The notes beneath the pieces were generated by a model. The model saw only the letters and a list, made by a program, of their open reading frames with translations. It made no database searches and was not told where the DNA came from. 64,000 nucleotides of DNA from Thermoplasmata archaeon (GTDB taxonomy: Archaea; Thermoplasmatota; Thermoplasmata; RBG-16-68-12; JAGMCJ01), in NCBI GenBank assembly GCA_023136265.1, contig JAGLRN010000017.1, positions 7,509 to 71,508 on the forward strand, read 5' to 3'. Below are positions 54,017 to 63,394 of this stretch, piece after piece. Both the position numbers and the translations under genes were made by a program. The first letter of the stretch is position 1, and the number at the start of each line of letters is the position of its first letter.

Positions 54017-54029
54017 TACTTTAAATATC
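54017..54029 (+). promoter_or_regulatory. TATA-like box actttaaatatcc upstream of ftsZ
   Basis: A/T-rich box ~40 nt upstream of the ftsZ ATG. Confidence 0.35.
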
Positions 54030-54066
54030 CATAATCATATTCACCCAGAGCAGGATGGGATGAAAA

Positions 54067-55191
54067 ATGAAGTCGATAGTAGATACCGCTTTGTCTAGAC
54101 ACGAAGAGGAGAAGAAGCGCGAGGAAGAATTGCCGGAGGAGATCGTAGCACCGGTCCCTTTGGGAGAGGACAAAGAGCTTGAAGAGATAGTGAAGTCCCT
54201 TCATGTAAGCATCAAGATCCTTGGTTGCGGAGGTGGAGGGTCCAATACCATCAACAGGCTCAACGAGGCTGGCGTTGTTGGGGCTCAGCTGATGGCTCTG
54301 AACACGGACGCGAAGCATCTTCTCTCGATTCACGCGCCTAAGAAGCTGCTCATAGGAAAGAGACTGACCAAAGGCCTTGGCGCTGGCGCCATCCCAGAGG
54401 TCGGTGAGCAGGCCGCGGCAGAGAACGAGGAAGAGTTGCGAGAGTTCCTTAGAGGAGCGCACATATGCTTCATCACCGCAGGAATGGGCGGAGGCACAGG
54501 CACCGGATCGGCGCACTATGTGGCAAGACTCGCAAGAACCCAGGGCTGCTTGACGCTGGGTATTGTGACGATGCCCTTCCAGGCCGAGGGGAAGCAGAGA
54601 TTGGAAGTGGCCAGGAGAGGTCTCGACAGGCTCAGAAGGCACTGCGATACGACCATCGTGATATACAACGACAGGCTCCTTGAACTCGTTCCGAGGCTGC
54701 CCATCGATGCGGCCTTCAAGGTCGCCGATGAGGTCCTCATGGAGTCCATCAAGGGGATGACGGAGATAATCACGAAGCCCGGGCTCGTCAACCTGGACTA
54801 CAGCGACCTGATGACCATCATGAAGAACGGCGGCGTGGCGATGATCGGAATCGGTGAGAACGACGAGGACAGGGACAGAGTAGCGCTCGCGATGGGCGAA
54901 GCTCTCGAGTCCCCGCTTCTTGGCGAGGTCGACCTTACGCATGCAAGGGGCGCCCTTGTGCGGATCATCGGCAGCCCGGACATGACGGTGTCCGAGGCCG
55001 AGAGCGCCGCGAGGATAATCGGTGAGAAGGTCAACCCGAACGCCCAGATAATCTGGGGATGTTCCATCGATCCGTCGCTTCAGAAGACGGTGAGAGTGCT
55101 GGTCGTCATCACGGGCGTGAAGTCCGAGCAGATCCTGAGCAGGGAAGGTCCCCAGGCCGTCGAGGAGCACGACATAGACGTGGTCCAGTAG
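54067..55191 (+). CDS. ftsZ: Cell division GTPase FtsZ
   Basis: Tubulin signature ITAGMGGGTGTGSA, plus GCGGGGSNTINRL and T7-loop region. Confidence 0.9.
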   Translation: MKSIVDTALSRHEEEKKREEELPEEIVAPVPLGEDKELEEIVKSLHVSIKILGCGGGGSNTINRLNEAGVVGAQLMALNTDAKHLLSIHAPKKLLIGKRLTKGLGAGAIPEVGEQAAAENEEELREFLRGAHICFITAGMGGGTGTGSAHYVARLARTQGCLTLGIVTMPFQAEGKQRLEVARRGLDRLRRHCDTTIVIYNDRLLELVPRLPIDAAFKVADEVLMESIKGMTEIITKPGLVNLDYSDLMTIMKNGGVAMIGIGENDEDRDRVALAMGEALESPLLGEVDLTHARGALVRIIGSPDMTVSEAESAARIIGEKVNPNAQIIWGCSIDPSLQKTVRVLVVITGVKSEQILSREGPQAVEEHDIDVVQ

Positions 55192-55208
55192 AGGGTCATT
55201 GACAGCCG

Positions 55209-55541
55209 GTGCGCATGGTCGTCCGCGATAAGGTCGGAAGGAAGAGGTATATCGTCTTCTCTGTCACTACTGAGAGTGCGCCATCTCATGACGATTTCGA
55301 GCGGGCAGCCGTCTCGTTGCTCAGGGAGAAGGGGGTTCTTCGCTCGGTCCGACCCAAGCTCATTGACTTCGACGGGCGAGTGGGCATACTGAGATGCGCT
55401 CACACGGGAAAGGACGAGGCGATTGACGTCCTGAACTCGATGACCGATGTGATGGGGGCGAAGGTGCGAGTCGAGACGGTCAAGACATCCGGGACTCTGC
55501 GCAAGGTAAGAGAGGTCGCGAAAGGCCTGGCCAGCGGTTGA
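55209..55541 (+). CDS. rnp2: RNase P protein component 2 (Pop5)
   Basis: RDKVGRKRYIVFSV...VGILRCAHTG...GTLRKV parallels archaeal Pop5 (KKRYIAFKV...IVRCDR...SGTIKRL). First gene of the conserved superoperon. Confidence 0.7.
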   Translation: MRMVVRDKVGRKRYIVFSVTTESAPSHDDFERAAVSLLREKGVLRSVRPKLIDFDGRVGILRCAHTGKDEAIDVLNSMTDVMGAKVRVETVKTSGTLRKVREVAKGLASG

Positions 55542-55598
55542 GAACAATCTCACAAAGTTTATAACACATACTAGCATTAACCGTAAAAAGGTGGATTT

Positions 55599-56321
55599 AT
55601 GCAACCAGGACAGATGGCTTATGATCGAGCAATCACGGTCTTTTCTCCCGATGGGAGATTGTTTCAGGTAGAGTACGCAAGAGTGGCAGTCACTCGTGGA
55701 ACGACGACCGCGGGACTCAAGTTCAAGGATGGAATCGTGCTGATGGCCGACAAGAAGATCGCGAGCAAGTTGATGGAGGCCTCATCCGTTGAGAAGATAT
55801 TCCAGATCGACGAGCACGTGGGCTGTGCCACGTCGGGACTGGTCGCCGATGCAAGGGTCCTCGTCGACTACGCGAGGATAGTGTCCCAGATAAACAAGGT
55901 GACCTATGACGAGAAGATATCCATCGACCTCCTTGTCAAGAAGATCTGCGACTACAAGCAGAACTACACTCAATACGGAGGCGTCAGACCGTTCGGCACG
56001 GCGCTTCTCGTGGCGGGAGTGGACAGTCAGGGAAATCATCTCTTCGAGACGGACCCCAGCGGCGCTCTCGTCTCCTACAAAGCGGGCAGCATAGGCTCTG
56101 GCCGCAACACTGTCATGGAGCTCTTCGAGGAGAGGTTCGAAGTGGACATGCCCATGGAGACGGCCATCCTTCTCGGATTGGAGGGACTGTCGAAGTCCAC
56201 CGAGAATAAGCTCGACGAAGAGGCCGTCGAGATAGGCATCGTCAGGAAGGGCGAGAAGTTCAAGAGGTTCACCAACGAAGAGGTCGCCAGCTATCTCGAA
56301 AAGGTCCCGAAGGCGTCCTAG
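55599..56321 (+). CDS. psmA: Proteasome alpha subunit
   Basis: MQPGQMAYDRAITVFSPDGRLFQVEYA canonical alpha-subunit N-terminus. TATA aaagtttataac and SD aaaggtgg upstream. Confidence 0.9.
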   Translation: MQPGQMAYDRAITVFSPDGRLFQVEYARVAVTRGTTTAGLKFKDGIVLMADKKIASKLMEASSVEKIFQIDEHVGCATSGLVADARVLVDYARIVSQINKVTYDEKISIDLLVKKICDYKQNYTQYGGVRPFGTALLVAGVDSQGNHLFETDPSGALVSYKAGSIGSGRNTVMELFEERFEVDMPMETAILLGLEGLSKSTENKLDEEAVEIGIVRKGEKFKRFTNEEVASYLEKVPKAS

Positions 56322-56328
56322 GAGTGGA

Positions 56329-57066
56329 GTGATGGGAAAGAGGGATTATCAGAAGGAACATACCACTGACATCCTCAAGGAAATGGTTATCGCCCGATTG
56401 GAGAAGGGCGGGGAGACGTTCGAGATCCTCATCGACCCGAACTGCGTGGACGAGATCAGGAGCAACCCCGAGGCGAGCGTTTCCGAATACATCGCCATAG
56501 ACAAGATCTTCCGGGACGTGAAGAAGGGAGAGCGGGCCTCCGAGGAGAAGATGATGGAGCTCTTCGGAACCGAGGACCCCGAAGAGGTCGCAGGCACGAT
56601 AGTGCGAAAGGGCGATATCCAGGTCACGACGGACCAGCGAAGGGCCATGACCGAGGAGAAGAGGAAGGCGATCGTCAGCCACATCTCGCGCAACGCGATA
56701 AATCCTCAAACGGGAACGCCACACCCTCCGCAAAGGATCGAGAACGCCATGGCAGAGGCGGGAGTGCACGTCGACCCGTTCAAGAGCGTCGATGGTCAGC
56801 TGAAGAGCGTCCTCGATGCTATTAGGCCCATCATCCCGATAAGCATCGAGAAGGTCAAGGTCGCGGTGAAGCTCCTTGCCGAGGATTGTCCCCGCTGCTA
56901 CGGCGACATAAAGGCCTTCGGCGACATCATTCAAGAGGAGTATCAGAAGGACGGGTCTTGGATAGGCGTTGTCGAGATGCCCGCCGGTATGCAGACGGAG
57001 TTCCTTGAGCGGATGAACCAGCGCACTCACGGGAACGTCGAGGTGAAGATACTCAAGGATGGGTAG
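56329..57066 (+). CDS. Ribosome maturation protein SBDS/Sdo1
   Basis: VIARLEKGGETFEILIDP FYSH domain and C-terminal domains. Conserved position after psmA. Confidence 0.85.
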   Translation: MMGKRDYQKEHTTDILKEMVIARLEKGGETFEILIDPNCVDEIRSNPEASVSEYIAIDKIFRDVKKGERASEEKMMELFGTEDPEEVAGTIVRKGDIQVTTDQRRAMTEEKRKAIVSHISRNAINPQTGTPHPPQRIENAMAEAGVHVDPFKSVDGQLKSVLDAIRPIIPISIEKVKVAVKLLAEDCPRCYGDIKAFGDIIQEEYQKDGSWIGVVEMPAGMQTEFLERMNQRTHGNVEVKILKDG

Positions 57067-57222
57067 CTGGAACGCAAAAGCTTTATAACCGAGTTGTTGA
57101 TTGTGAGGGCGGACTAGCGAAAAAGGATTTGATTCAGGAAGCCCTGAGGAAACTTGTTGAAAGATTCCTGGGATTGAATATTTCAAATCCCTCAGGCTAA
57201 GTAAGGAGAAGGACCTGATAAT

Positions 57223-57906
57223 TTGAGAGGAGATGGACCTCCAAAACGGGAGGTAGTTGTACCAGGAGACCTTTTGGGCACCGGGCTCAAGCCGGGCCTG
57301 GGCACGTTCAGCGTGGGAGGGAAGACATACGCTTCCCAGCTCGGAATAAAGAGGGTGAGAGGGGACTACGTCAACATAATCCCTCTGAGCGGGAGGTACA
57401 TGCCGCGACAAGGCGATACCGTTATCGGTGAGATCACCGACATTGCGGCCTCATACTGGCTGGTGGATATAAACGCCCCTTACCCAGCGCCGCTTCACGC
57501 CTCGGAAGTCCCGTGGAAGGTCGATTTCGGGGACACTTCCCGCTTCCTCAACGTCGAGGACGTCGTTCTTCTCAAAGTGCTCTCCGTCGACGAGGCGAAA
57601 CGAATCCAGGTGACGATGAAGGAACGGGATCTAGGAAGGCTCAGGGGCGGGCGGACGATAGATGTTTCGAACTCCAAAGTTCCGAGGATCATAGGAAGAA
57701 AAGGAAGCATGATTGGCTTGATCAAGGAGTACACAGAGTGCAGAATGTTTGTTGGTCAAAATGGAAGGATTTGGTTGGATGGATCTATGGATGGAATGTA
57801 TCTCGCCGTGAAGGCGATTAGGAGAATAGAAGAAGACGCACAGGTACTTGGTCTCACGGAGTCGATCGAAGTTATGCTCCGTGAAGCAACCGCCAAGAAG
57901 GCCTAG
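57223..57906 (+). CDS. rrp4: Exosome complex RNA-binding subunit Rrp4 (S1 plus KH)
   Basis: TTG start. GDTVIGEITDIAASYWLVDINAPY S1 domain, KH domain GRKGSMIGLIKE. Confidence 0.85.
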   Translation: MRGDGPPKREVVVPGDLLGTGLKPGLGTFSVGGKTYASQLGIKRVRGDYVNIIPLSGRYMPRQGDTVIGEITDIAASYWLVDINAPYPAPLHASEVPWKVDFGDTSRFLNVEDVVLLKVLSVDEAKRIQVTMKERDLGRLRGGRTIDVSNSKVPRIIGRKGSMIGLIKEYTECRMFVGQNGRIWLDGSMDGMYLAVKAIRRIEEDAQVLGLTESIEVMLREATAKKA

Positions 57907-57933
57907 GTGCAGTTTGTAAGGAGGATTTTGATG

Positions 57934-58686
57934 GAAGAAGGTAAATTGGTGAATGACAAGGGTATCAGGGTCGACGGAAGAAGAGTCGACGAACTAAGGC
58001 CCATCAAGCTGGAGGCTGGAGTCCTCAACCGCGCTGATGGGAGTGCATATATCGAATGGGGGAAGAACAAGGTTCTCGCTGCGGTTTACGGGCCGAGAGA
58101 GGCCCACCCCAGGCACAGACAGGACCCCGCAAGGGCGCTTGTCCAGTGCAGGTACAACATGGCCCCGTTCTCTGTCTCCGACAGGAAGAGGCCCGGACCG
58201 GACCGAAGATCGGTCGAGATATCGAAGGTGATCTCCGAGGCCTTTTCTCATGTGGTTCTCAGAGAGCAGTTCCCTCGGGCGACTGTCGATGTCTTCATGG
58301 AGGTCCTGCAGGCGAGCGCCGGCACTCGATGCACCGCGCTCACCGTTGCCGCGGTGGCCCTGGCCGACGCTGGGATACCCATGAGAGACATAATCTCGTC
58401 TTGTGCTTTCGGCAAGGCGGACGGACAGGTGATTCTCGACCTGGACAAGGCAGAGGACAATGAAGGCCAGGCGGACGTGCCGATTGCGATCGTCCCGCGA
58501 ACGAACGAGATCGTTCTGCTGCAGATGGACGGGCACATCACGAAAGAGGAGTTCGACAGTGGTCTGAAGATGGCCGTCGACGCATGCCACAGGATCAATG
58601 AAATGCAGAGGGACGCCCTCAGGAGAAGGTACTCCGTCACGGCCGACACGCACGAGGCCGTCAAGGCGATCTCGGAGGGGGTGTGA
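57934..58686 (+). CDS. rrp41: Exosome complex exonuclease Rrp41 (RNase PH)
   Basis: [48 protein letters not shown] 8 nt after gtaaggagg; the track GTG at 57907 is less likely. Confidence 0.85.
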   Translation, partial: EEGKLVNDKGIRVDGRRVDELRPIKLEAGVLNRADGSAYIEWGKNKVLAAVYGPREAHPRHRQDPARALVQCRYNMAPFSVSDRKRPGPDRRSVEISKVISEAFSHVVLREQFPRATVDVFMEVLQASAGTRCTALTVAAVALADAGIPMRDIISSCAFGKADGQVILDLDKAEDNEGQADVPIAIVPRTNEIVLLQMDGHITKEEFDSGLKMAVDACHRINEMQRDALRRRYSVTADTHEAVKAISEGV

Positions 58687-58688
58687 CT

Positions 58689-59459
58689 ATGAAAGACGTA
58701 GTCTCAGAGCTACTCAGGGATCACATCTACAAGATGGCCGCCAGCGGCAAGAGAGTCGACGGAAGGGCACCCGAGGAGTACAGAGAGATCAAGGTTCGGA
58801 AGGGCTACGCTGGGAACGCGGAAGGCTCTGCCCGCGTCGATTTGGGCGAGACAGAAGTGCTCGTGGGCGTGAAGATGATCCTTGGTGAACCCTACCCGGA
58901 CAGGCCCAAGGAGGGCTCTATCGTGACAACTATGGAGCTCATACCGATGGCGAGCCCCACGTTCGAGGCGGGGCCCCCAAGAGAGAAGGCGATCGAGCTC
59001 GCTCGGGTCGTCGACCGAGGGATACGGGAGTCCAAGGCGATTGATCTGGGCAAGCTGTGCATAATCGAGGGTGAGAAAGTCTGGATCGTATTCATCGACG
59101 TCCACGTGCTCGACTACGGTGGCAACCTTTTCGATGCCAGCTCATTCGGAGCTCTGGCGGCGCTCACGAACGCTGTCGTTCCAGCGTCCAAGATCAACGG
59201 GGAGGACTACCCGCTCGAGGTCGAGCACCATCCGATATCGATCACCGCTACCAAGATCAAGGACGTGATTGTCTTCGACGCGTCCCTCGACGAGGACAGG
59301 GTCGCGGATGCGCGCTTGACGATCGCCACGGATGAGAATGGCCATATCAGAGCCATGCAAAAAGGTTTAAAGGGCAGTTTCACTTTGGATGAAGTCGACT
59401 ACGTGGTCAAGACAGCAAGAAAGCTGGCAGATGAGATCAGGCCCAAAGTTGTGGGATGA
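58689..59459 (+). CDS. rrp42: Exosome complex subunit Rrp42 (inactive RNase PH-like)
   Basis: KRVDGRAPEEYREIKVRKGYAGNAEGSARVDLGETEVLVGVK has the Rrp42 pattern. Overlaps the rrp41 stop. Confidence 0.85.
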   Translation: MKDVVSELLRDHIYKMAASGKRVDGRAPEEYREIKVRKGYAGNAEGSARVDLGETEVLVGVKMILGEPYPDRPKEGSIVTTMELIPMASPTFEAGPPREKAIELARVVDRGIRESKAIDLGKLCIIEGEKVWIVFIDVHVLDYGGNLFDASSFGALAALTNAVVPASKINGEDYPLEVEHHPISITATKIKDVIVFDASLDEDRVADARLTIATDENGHIRAMQKGLKGSFTLDEVDYVVKTARKLADEIRPKVVG

Positions 59460-59749
59460 TGGCGCGAAAGACGAAGAAAATCGGCATCTCGGGAAGGTTC
59501 GGAGCCCGCTACGGAGTCACGATAAGGAAGAGGATACGGGACATCGAGCGGGAGAAGGTGAAGAAGCACCTGTGCCCGAACTGCAACCACAAGGCCGTCA
59601 AGCGGGTCGATACCGGCATCTGGCGGTGCCGGAAGTGCGGTACGACGTTCGCTGGCGGGGCGTACAGGCCCATGGGGTCTCGCAACTTCCGAAGGACCAC
59701 GCAGGAGCCGGTGTTCAGGGAGCCTGATGAGGAAGCAGAAGAGGAGTGA
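59456..59749 (+). CDS. rpl37ae: Ribosomal protein L37Ae with an acidic C-terminal extension
   Basis: CPNCNHKAVKRVDTGIWRCRKCGTTFAGGAY zinc ribbon. Tail ...PDEEAEEE. Confidence 0.85.
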   Translation: MMARKTKKIGISGRFGARYGVTIRKRIRDIEREKVKKHLCPNCNHKAVKRVDTGIWRCRKCGTTFAGGAYRPMGSRNFRRTTQEPVFREPDEEAEEE

Positions 59750-59751
59750 TG

Positions 59752-59886
59752 ATGTACAAGTGCGCTCGATGCAAGGAGCCCATCCGCTCGAACGTGAGCA
59801 CGATCGGGATCCAGTGTGAGAAGTGCGGGTCCAGGATCTTCTACAAGGAGAGACCGAACGTCAAGAAGGTCATAGAGGCGAGATAG
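59752..59886 (+). CDS. rpoP: DNA-directed RNA polymerase subunit P (Rpo12/RpoP)
   Basis: MMYKCARCKEPIRSNVSTIGIQCEKCGSRIFYKERP, 44 aa, C4 zinc ribbon. Below the track cutoff. Start overlaps the L37Ae stop. Confidence 0.7.
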   Translation: MYKCARCKEPIRSNVSTIGIQCEKCGSRIFYKERPNVKKVIEAR

Positions 59887-59887
59887 C

Positions 59888-60118
59888 ATGAGGTCCGCCA
59901 GGATCACGCTATGCGGGCCTAAGGCGTCGATGATCAGGGAGGCGCTGCTCCCTGAAGCCTCGAAGGAGATCCCGAGGGCGAGGGTCAAGCTCGAAGGCGA
60001 CGACGATACACTCGAGATAATCATCGAGGCCGACGACACCGGGGCTCTCAGAGCAGCCATGAACGCCTATCTGAGATGGGTGGCGATTTCGGAGAGCATA
60101 GGAGAAGAGGTTGGTTAG
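59888..60118 (+). CDS. pcc1: KEOPS complex subunit Pcc1
   Basis: ALLPEASKEIPRARVKLEG...LEIIIEADDTGALRAAMNAYLRW closely parallels archaeal Pcc1 (ALLPE...LLEIEAED...LRA.LNSYLRW). Confidence 0.75.
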   Translation: MRSARITLCGPKASMIREALLPEASKEIPRARVKLEGDDDTLEIIIEADDTGALRAAMNAYLRWVAISESIGEEVG

Positions 60119-60119
60119 G

Positions 60120-60473
60120 ATGGCGCAGGAGATATCACCAGAGCTGCAGAATCAGATGGTCCAGTTCCAGCAGATTCAGCAGCAGTTGCAGATCCATGCC
60201 GGGCAAAGGGTCCAGTATGAGGCTAAGCTTCGCGAGATCGACGTCACCCTCGAGGAGCTGAAGAACGCAAAGGAGGACGCGACGATTTTCAAGAGCATCG
60301 GCACGCTCCTGGTGGAGGCCGATGACAGAGGGGCCATCGCGAAGGAGCTGGAGGAGCACAAGGAGACCCTCGGCATCCGGCTGGAGGGGCTGAAGAAGCA
60401 GGAGAAGTCCCTGCAGGACAGGTTCCAGGAGCTCCAGAAGGCGATAAGCGAGGCCATCACGCGTTCCGGATAG
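60120..60473 (+). CDS. pfdB: Prefoldin beta subunit
   Basis: Coiled-coil protein MAQEISPELQNQMVQFQQIQQQLQ... At the conserved position at the end of the superoperon. Confidence 0.8.
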   Translation: MAQEISPELQNQMVQFQQIQQQLQIHAGQRVQYEAKLREIDVTLEELKNAKEDATIFKSIGTLLVEADDRGAIAKELEEHKETLGIRLEGLKKQEKSLQDRFQELQKAISEAITRSG

Positions 60474-60518
60474 GCCGCACGAAAACCCTTAAATCCCTGG
60501 CTTCTTTCTGATGGTTGC

Positions 60519-61202
60519 ATGGCGGACGATGAATGTTCCGGTGGCAGCAGCATAAAGAGGTCATTGCTGATCATGGTCGTAATCCTCCTCATCATGATTA
60601 TGCTTCAGCCCAGTCTGAGGATGGCCTTCGGGGACATGGTGGGGTTGGCTCTCGAGCCGCTCATCGGATTCAACGGACAGTTGGCCGTCGTGTCGATGAT
60701 GTTCGCCGGATTCATAACAGGAACGATATCCATACTGATCAGGCATTTCACGACGGACTGGATAGCAGTGGCGAAGTCCCAGAAGGCCATGAGCGAGTTC
60801 AACAAGGTCTATCGGGAGACGGTGATGTCCGGCAACCGCGATAAGGTCGAGAAGCTCCAGAAGGTCCGCCAGGAGACCATGGCGGAGTTCAGCGGCATAC
60901 AGATGTCTCAGCTCAAGACACTCGCCGTCACGATGTTCGCCGTCATAATCATCTTCGCGTGGCTCATGAGTTTCATCAGCTCTGGGGTCGTCAGTTCGAA
61001 GTTCTCGGTCCCGTGGAGCCACGATGCGGACATGAAGGCCGTGGTGATATTCATACCGCAATGGGTCCTCCTCTACGCCGTGTTGTCCTCTCCTCTCACG
61101 CTCCTCCTGCCGAGGATCTTGAAGTACTACTCCTACAAGAAGAAGCTAGAGGCCGAGGAGTATGAGGACGAGGGGTGGGAGGACGAATCAGCGGTGGATT
61201 GA
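60519..61202 (+). CDS. DUF106 family membrane protein (archaeal Oxa1/YidC/EMC3-like insertase homolog)
   Basis: Three TM helices with a cytoplasmic coiled-coil loop (KAMSEFNKVYRETVMSGNRDKVEKLQKVRQETMAEF). The position next to pfdB/cmk is typical. Confidence 0.65.
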   Translation: MADDECSGGSSIKRSLLIMVVILLIMIMLQPSLRMAFGDMVGLALEPLIGFNGQLAVVSMMFAGFITGTISILIRHFTTDWIAVAKSQKAMSEFNKVYRETVMSGNRDKVEKLQKVRQETMAEFSGIQMSQLKTLAVTMFAVIIIFAWLMSFISSGVVSSKFSVPWSHDADMKAVVIFIPQWVLLYAVLSSPLTLLLPRILKYYSYKKKLEAEEYEDEGWEDESAVD

Positions 61203-61753
61203 TGATCGTAACTATCGGCGGAAGACCGGGGAGCGGCAAGACAACAGTTGCACGAAGGGTCGCCGAGAAGCTGGGTTTTGAGCTGGTTTGCGCCGGTGAG
61301 GTCTTCCGAAGCCAGGCAAGGAAGATGGGCGTGGACCTCGAGGAGTACGGCAGGCGGGCGCTCGAGGACGACAGCATCGACAAGACGCTCGACTCGTTGG
61401 TCCTTGACAGGATCCGGGCGACGTCCTCTCAGGGGATGAACGTCGTCGCGGACGGTCGACTTACAGGTCAGATGCTCTCAAGGGAAGGCGTCCAGGCGTT
61501 CAAGGTCTGGATCGATGCCGACATCGGCGTCAGGTCCCAACGGATTGCGGGGCGGGACCGCATCGGCGCGGACGTGGCCCTGCGCCGCATTGAGAAGCGG
61601 GAAGAGGTCGAGAGGAAGCGGTACTCCTCGATCTACGGTATCGACCTCGACGACCTTTCGGCGTACGATCTCGTGATAGACTCTTCCGACCTGAGGCCGG
61701 GGGAGGTCTTGGAGCGAATTGTGGACGGTCTGAAGAAATGCGCGGGAATATGA
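61202..61753 (+). CDS. cmk: Cytidylate kinase (archaeal type)
   Basis: MIVTIGGRPGSGKTTVARRVAEKLGF P-loop. The track ORF is extended to 61175. Confidence 0.8.
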   Translation: MIVTIGGRPGSGKTTVARRVAEKLGFELVCAGEVFRSQARKMGVDLEEYGRRALEDDSIDKTLDSLVLDRIRATSSQGMNVVADGRLTGQMLSREGVQAFKVWIDADIGVRSQRIAGRDRIGADVALRRIEKREEVERKRYSSIYGIDLDDLSAYDLVIDSSDLRPGEVLERIVDGLKKCAGI

Positions 61754-62667
61754 GCGAAGAGGACCCCGCCGAGGAAGTGGAGCGGCTCTTGGGTTCCGGG
61801 GTCATCAATGTGGACAAGCCGCAGGGACCGACGTCGCATCAGGTGTCCGCTTGGGCCAGGAAGATGCTGGACGCTGAGCGGGCAGGACACGGCGGGACGC
61901 TCGATCCCCGCGTGACCGGAGTCCTGCCAATCGCACTCAACCGCGCGACAAAGGCCCTCGGCGCGTTGCTGTACGGCGACAAGGAGTACGTGGGCGTCCT
62001 TCACCTCCATCAGGACGTCAAGGAGGAGAGGGTCAGAGGCGTCATGAAGGATTTCGTGGGAGAGATATACCAGGTTCCGCCGGTGCGGGCGGCCGTGAAG
62101 AGGAGGAGGCGGACGAGGTGGATATACGAGCTCGAGCCGCTCGAGTTCCAGGGAAGGAATGCTCTCTTCAGGGTCCGGAGCGAGTCGGGGACATACATCC
62201 GCACTCTCTGCGTGGACATCGGTGAAGCCCTCGGCGTGGGGGCCCACATGGCCGACCTGAGGAGGACGAGGTCCGCGGGATTCTCCGAAGATGAGAGCGT
62301 CACGCTGCAGGACGTTCTCGATGCTTACGTATTCTGGAAGGAGGACCGGGATCCCTCGCATCTGAGAGAAGTGATACTTCCCATGGAGAGCCTTCTCTCA
62401 CATCTCGCACGCGTCACTGTCAAGGATTCGGCCGTGGACGCACTGTGCCACGGTGCGGACCTTGCTGTCCCCGGGGTCTCGAGACTGGATTCAACATTCG
62501 TGTCCGGGGATGTCGTTGCGATGTTCACGCGGAAAGGAGAAGGCATCGCTATCGGGAAGGCAAGGCTGAAATCGAGCAAGATAGTCGAGAAGGACCGCGG
62601 AGTCGCTGTCAACGTGCAGCGAGTCTTCATGTCGCCGGGGACGTATCCGAAGATGTGGAAGAGCTGA
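61738..62667 (+). CDS. cbf5: tRNA/rRNA pseudouridine synthase Cbf5 (H/ACA RNP catalytic subunit, TruB family with PUA)
   Basis: VINVDKPQGPTSHQV and GTLDPRVTGVL catalytic Asp motif. C-terminal PUA domain. Confidence 0.9.
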   Translation: MRGNMSEEDPAEEVERLLGSGVINVDKPQGPTSHQVSAWARKMLDAERAGHGGTLDPRVTGVLPIALNRATKALGALLYGDKEYVGVLHLHQDVKEERVRGVMKDFVGEIYQVPPVRAAVKRRRRTRWIYELEPLEFQGRNALFRVRSESGTYIRTLCVDIGEALGVGAHMADLRRTRSAGFSEDESVTLQDVLDAYVFWKEDRDPSHLREVILPMESLLSHLARVTVKDSAVDALCHGADLAVPGVSRLDSTFVSGDVVAMFTRKGEGIAIGKARLKSSKIVEKDRGVAVNVQRVFMSPGTYPKMWKS

Positions 62668-62727
62668 GCGGGCAAATCAGTTATCTTTTTATTCCCGCTT
62701 CGAATAGGTGGACTGGCGGAGCCCGAT

Positions 62728-62812
62728 GCCGAGGTGGCCCAGTCTGGTAAGGCGCGAGCCTGGAGAGCTCGTGGTGCTTTGCACCTCGGGAGTTCGAATC
62801 TCCCCCTCGGCG
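62728..62812 (+). tRNA. tRNA-Ser (GGA)
   Basis: Acceptor gccgagg/cctcggc. Anticodon arm cgagc-ctGGAga-gctcg. Long variable arm ggtgc/gcacc. T-arm gggag-ttcgaat-ctccc. Confidence 0.7.
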
Positions 62813-62865
62813 CTTTTCTACTAGTAAATATCAAATACGGGTAATACGATAGGCCTTCGATAAGA

Positions 62866-63390
62866 ATGGGCAAAACGGACACCATCAAGAAGCGAGCAAT
62901 CTACGTCTATCTTCCCTCTTTGGAGATGGTGCACCATTGGAAGGAGCTTGCCTCTCGTCAGGACTTATCAGTGTCGAAGTTCGTGACCGAACACGTCGAG
63001 GATTCTCTTCGTCAGGAGGAGGGAGAAGAAGGCTTCATGTCTCGAGCGGAACTGATGAAGAAGGCGACAGAACTCGAGTCACAAGTGGGCGAGTTGTCCA
63101 GGGAACGGAGGATGTTGCGGACAGTGGTGGGGAAGCTCGAAAGGGACCTCAAGGTCCAGTCCACTAGGGATTTTCTGGACGAAGAGTTCGAGGGAACAAG
63201 GAGCTTCGACAGAGAACTGGTGGAACTGCTCAGAGTCGGTAGATCCCTCATGGACGATGAGCTGTTGGAGGGACTGGGTTTGGAATGCGATGATATGGAA
63301 GCCAGAAAAACCGTCGGCAAGCAGCTGGAATCACTCGAGTCCTACGGACTGGTGAAAGCAACCAGCAATGGATGGGTTTGGAGGGAGTGA
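62866..63390 (+). CDS. Ribbon-helix-helix (CopG-like) protein with coiled-coil C-terminal part, integrated-element associated
   Basis: N-terminus KKRAIYVYLPSLEMVHHWKELA (beta-strand then helices) is RHH-like. Located between tRNA-Ser and the integrase. Confidence 0.5.
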   Translation: MGKTDTIKKRAIYVYLPSLEMVHHWKELASRQDLSVSKFVTEHVEDSLRQEEGEEGFMSRAELMKKATELESQVGELSRERRMLRTVVGKLERDLKVQSTRDFLDEEFEGTRSFDRELVELLRVGRSLMDDELLEGLGLECDDMEARKTVGKQLESLESYGLVKATSNGWVWRE

Positions 63391-63394
63391 TCGG

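Noticed and set aside
53893-55170. 425-aa minus-strand ORF
   Set aside because: Antisense to ftsZ, whose tubulin signature is unambiguous.
56269-57411. 380-aa minus-strand ORF
   Set aside because: Antisense to SBDS and Rrp4 in the conserved superoperon.
59456-59749. L37Ae acidic C-terminal extension as something unusual
   Set aside because: It is short (about 10 aa) and plausibly lineage-specific. There is not enough to support a claim.
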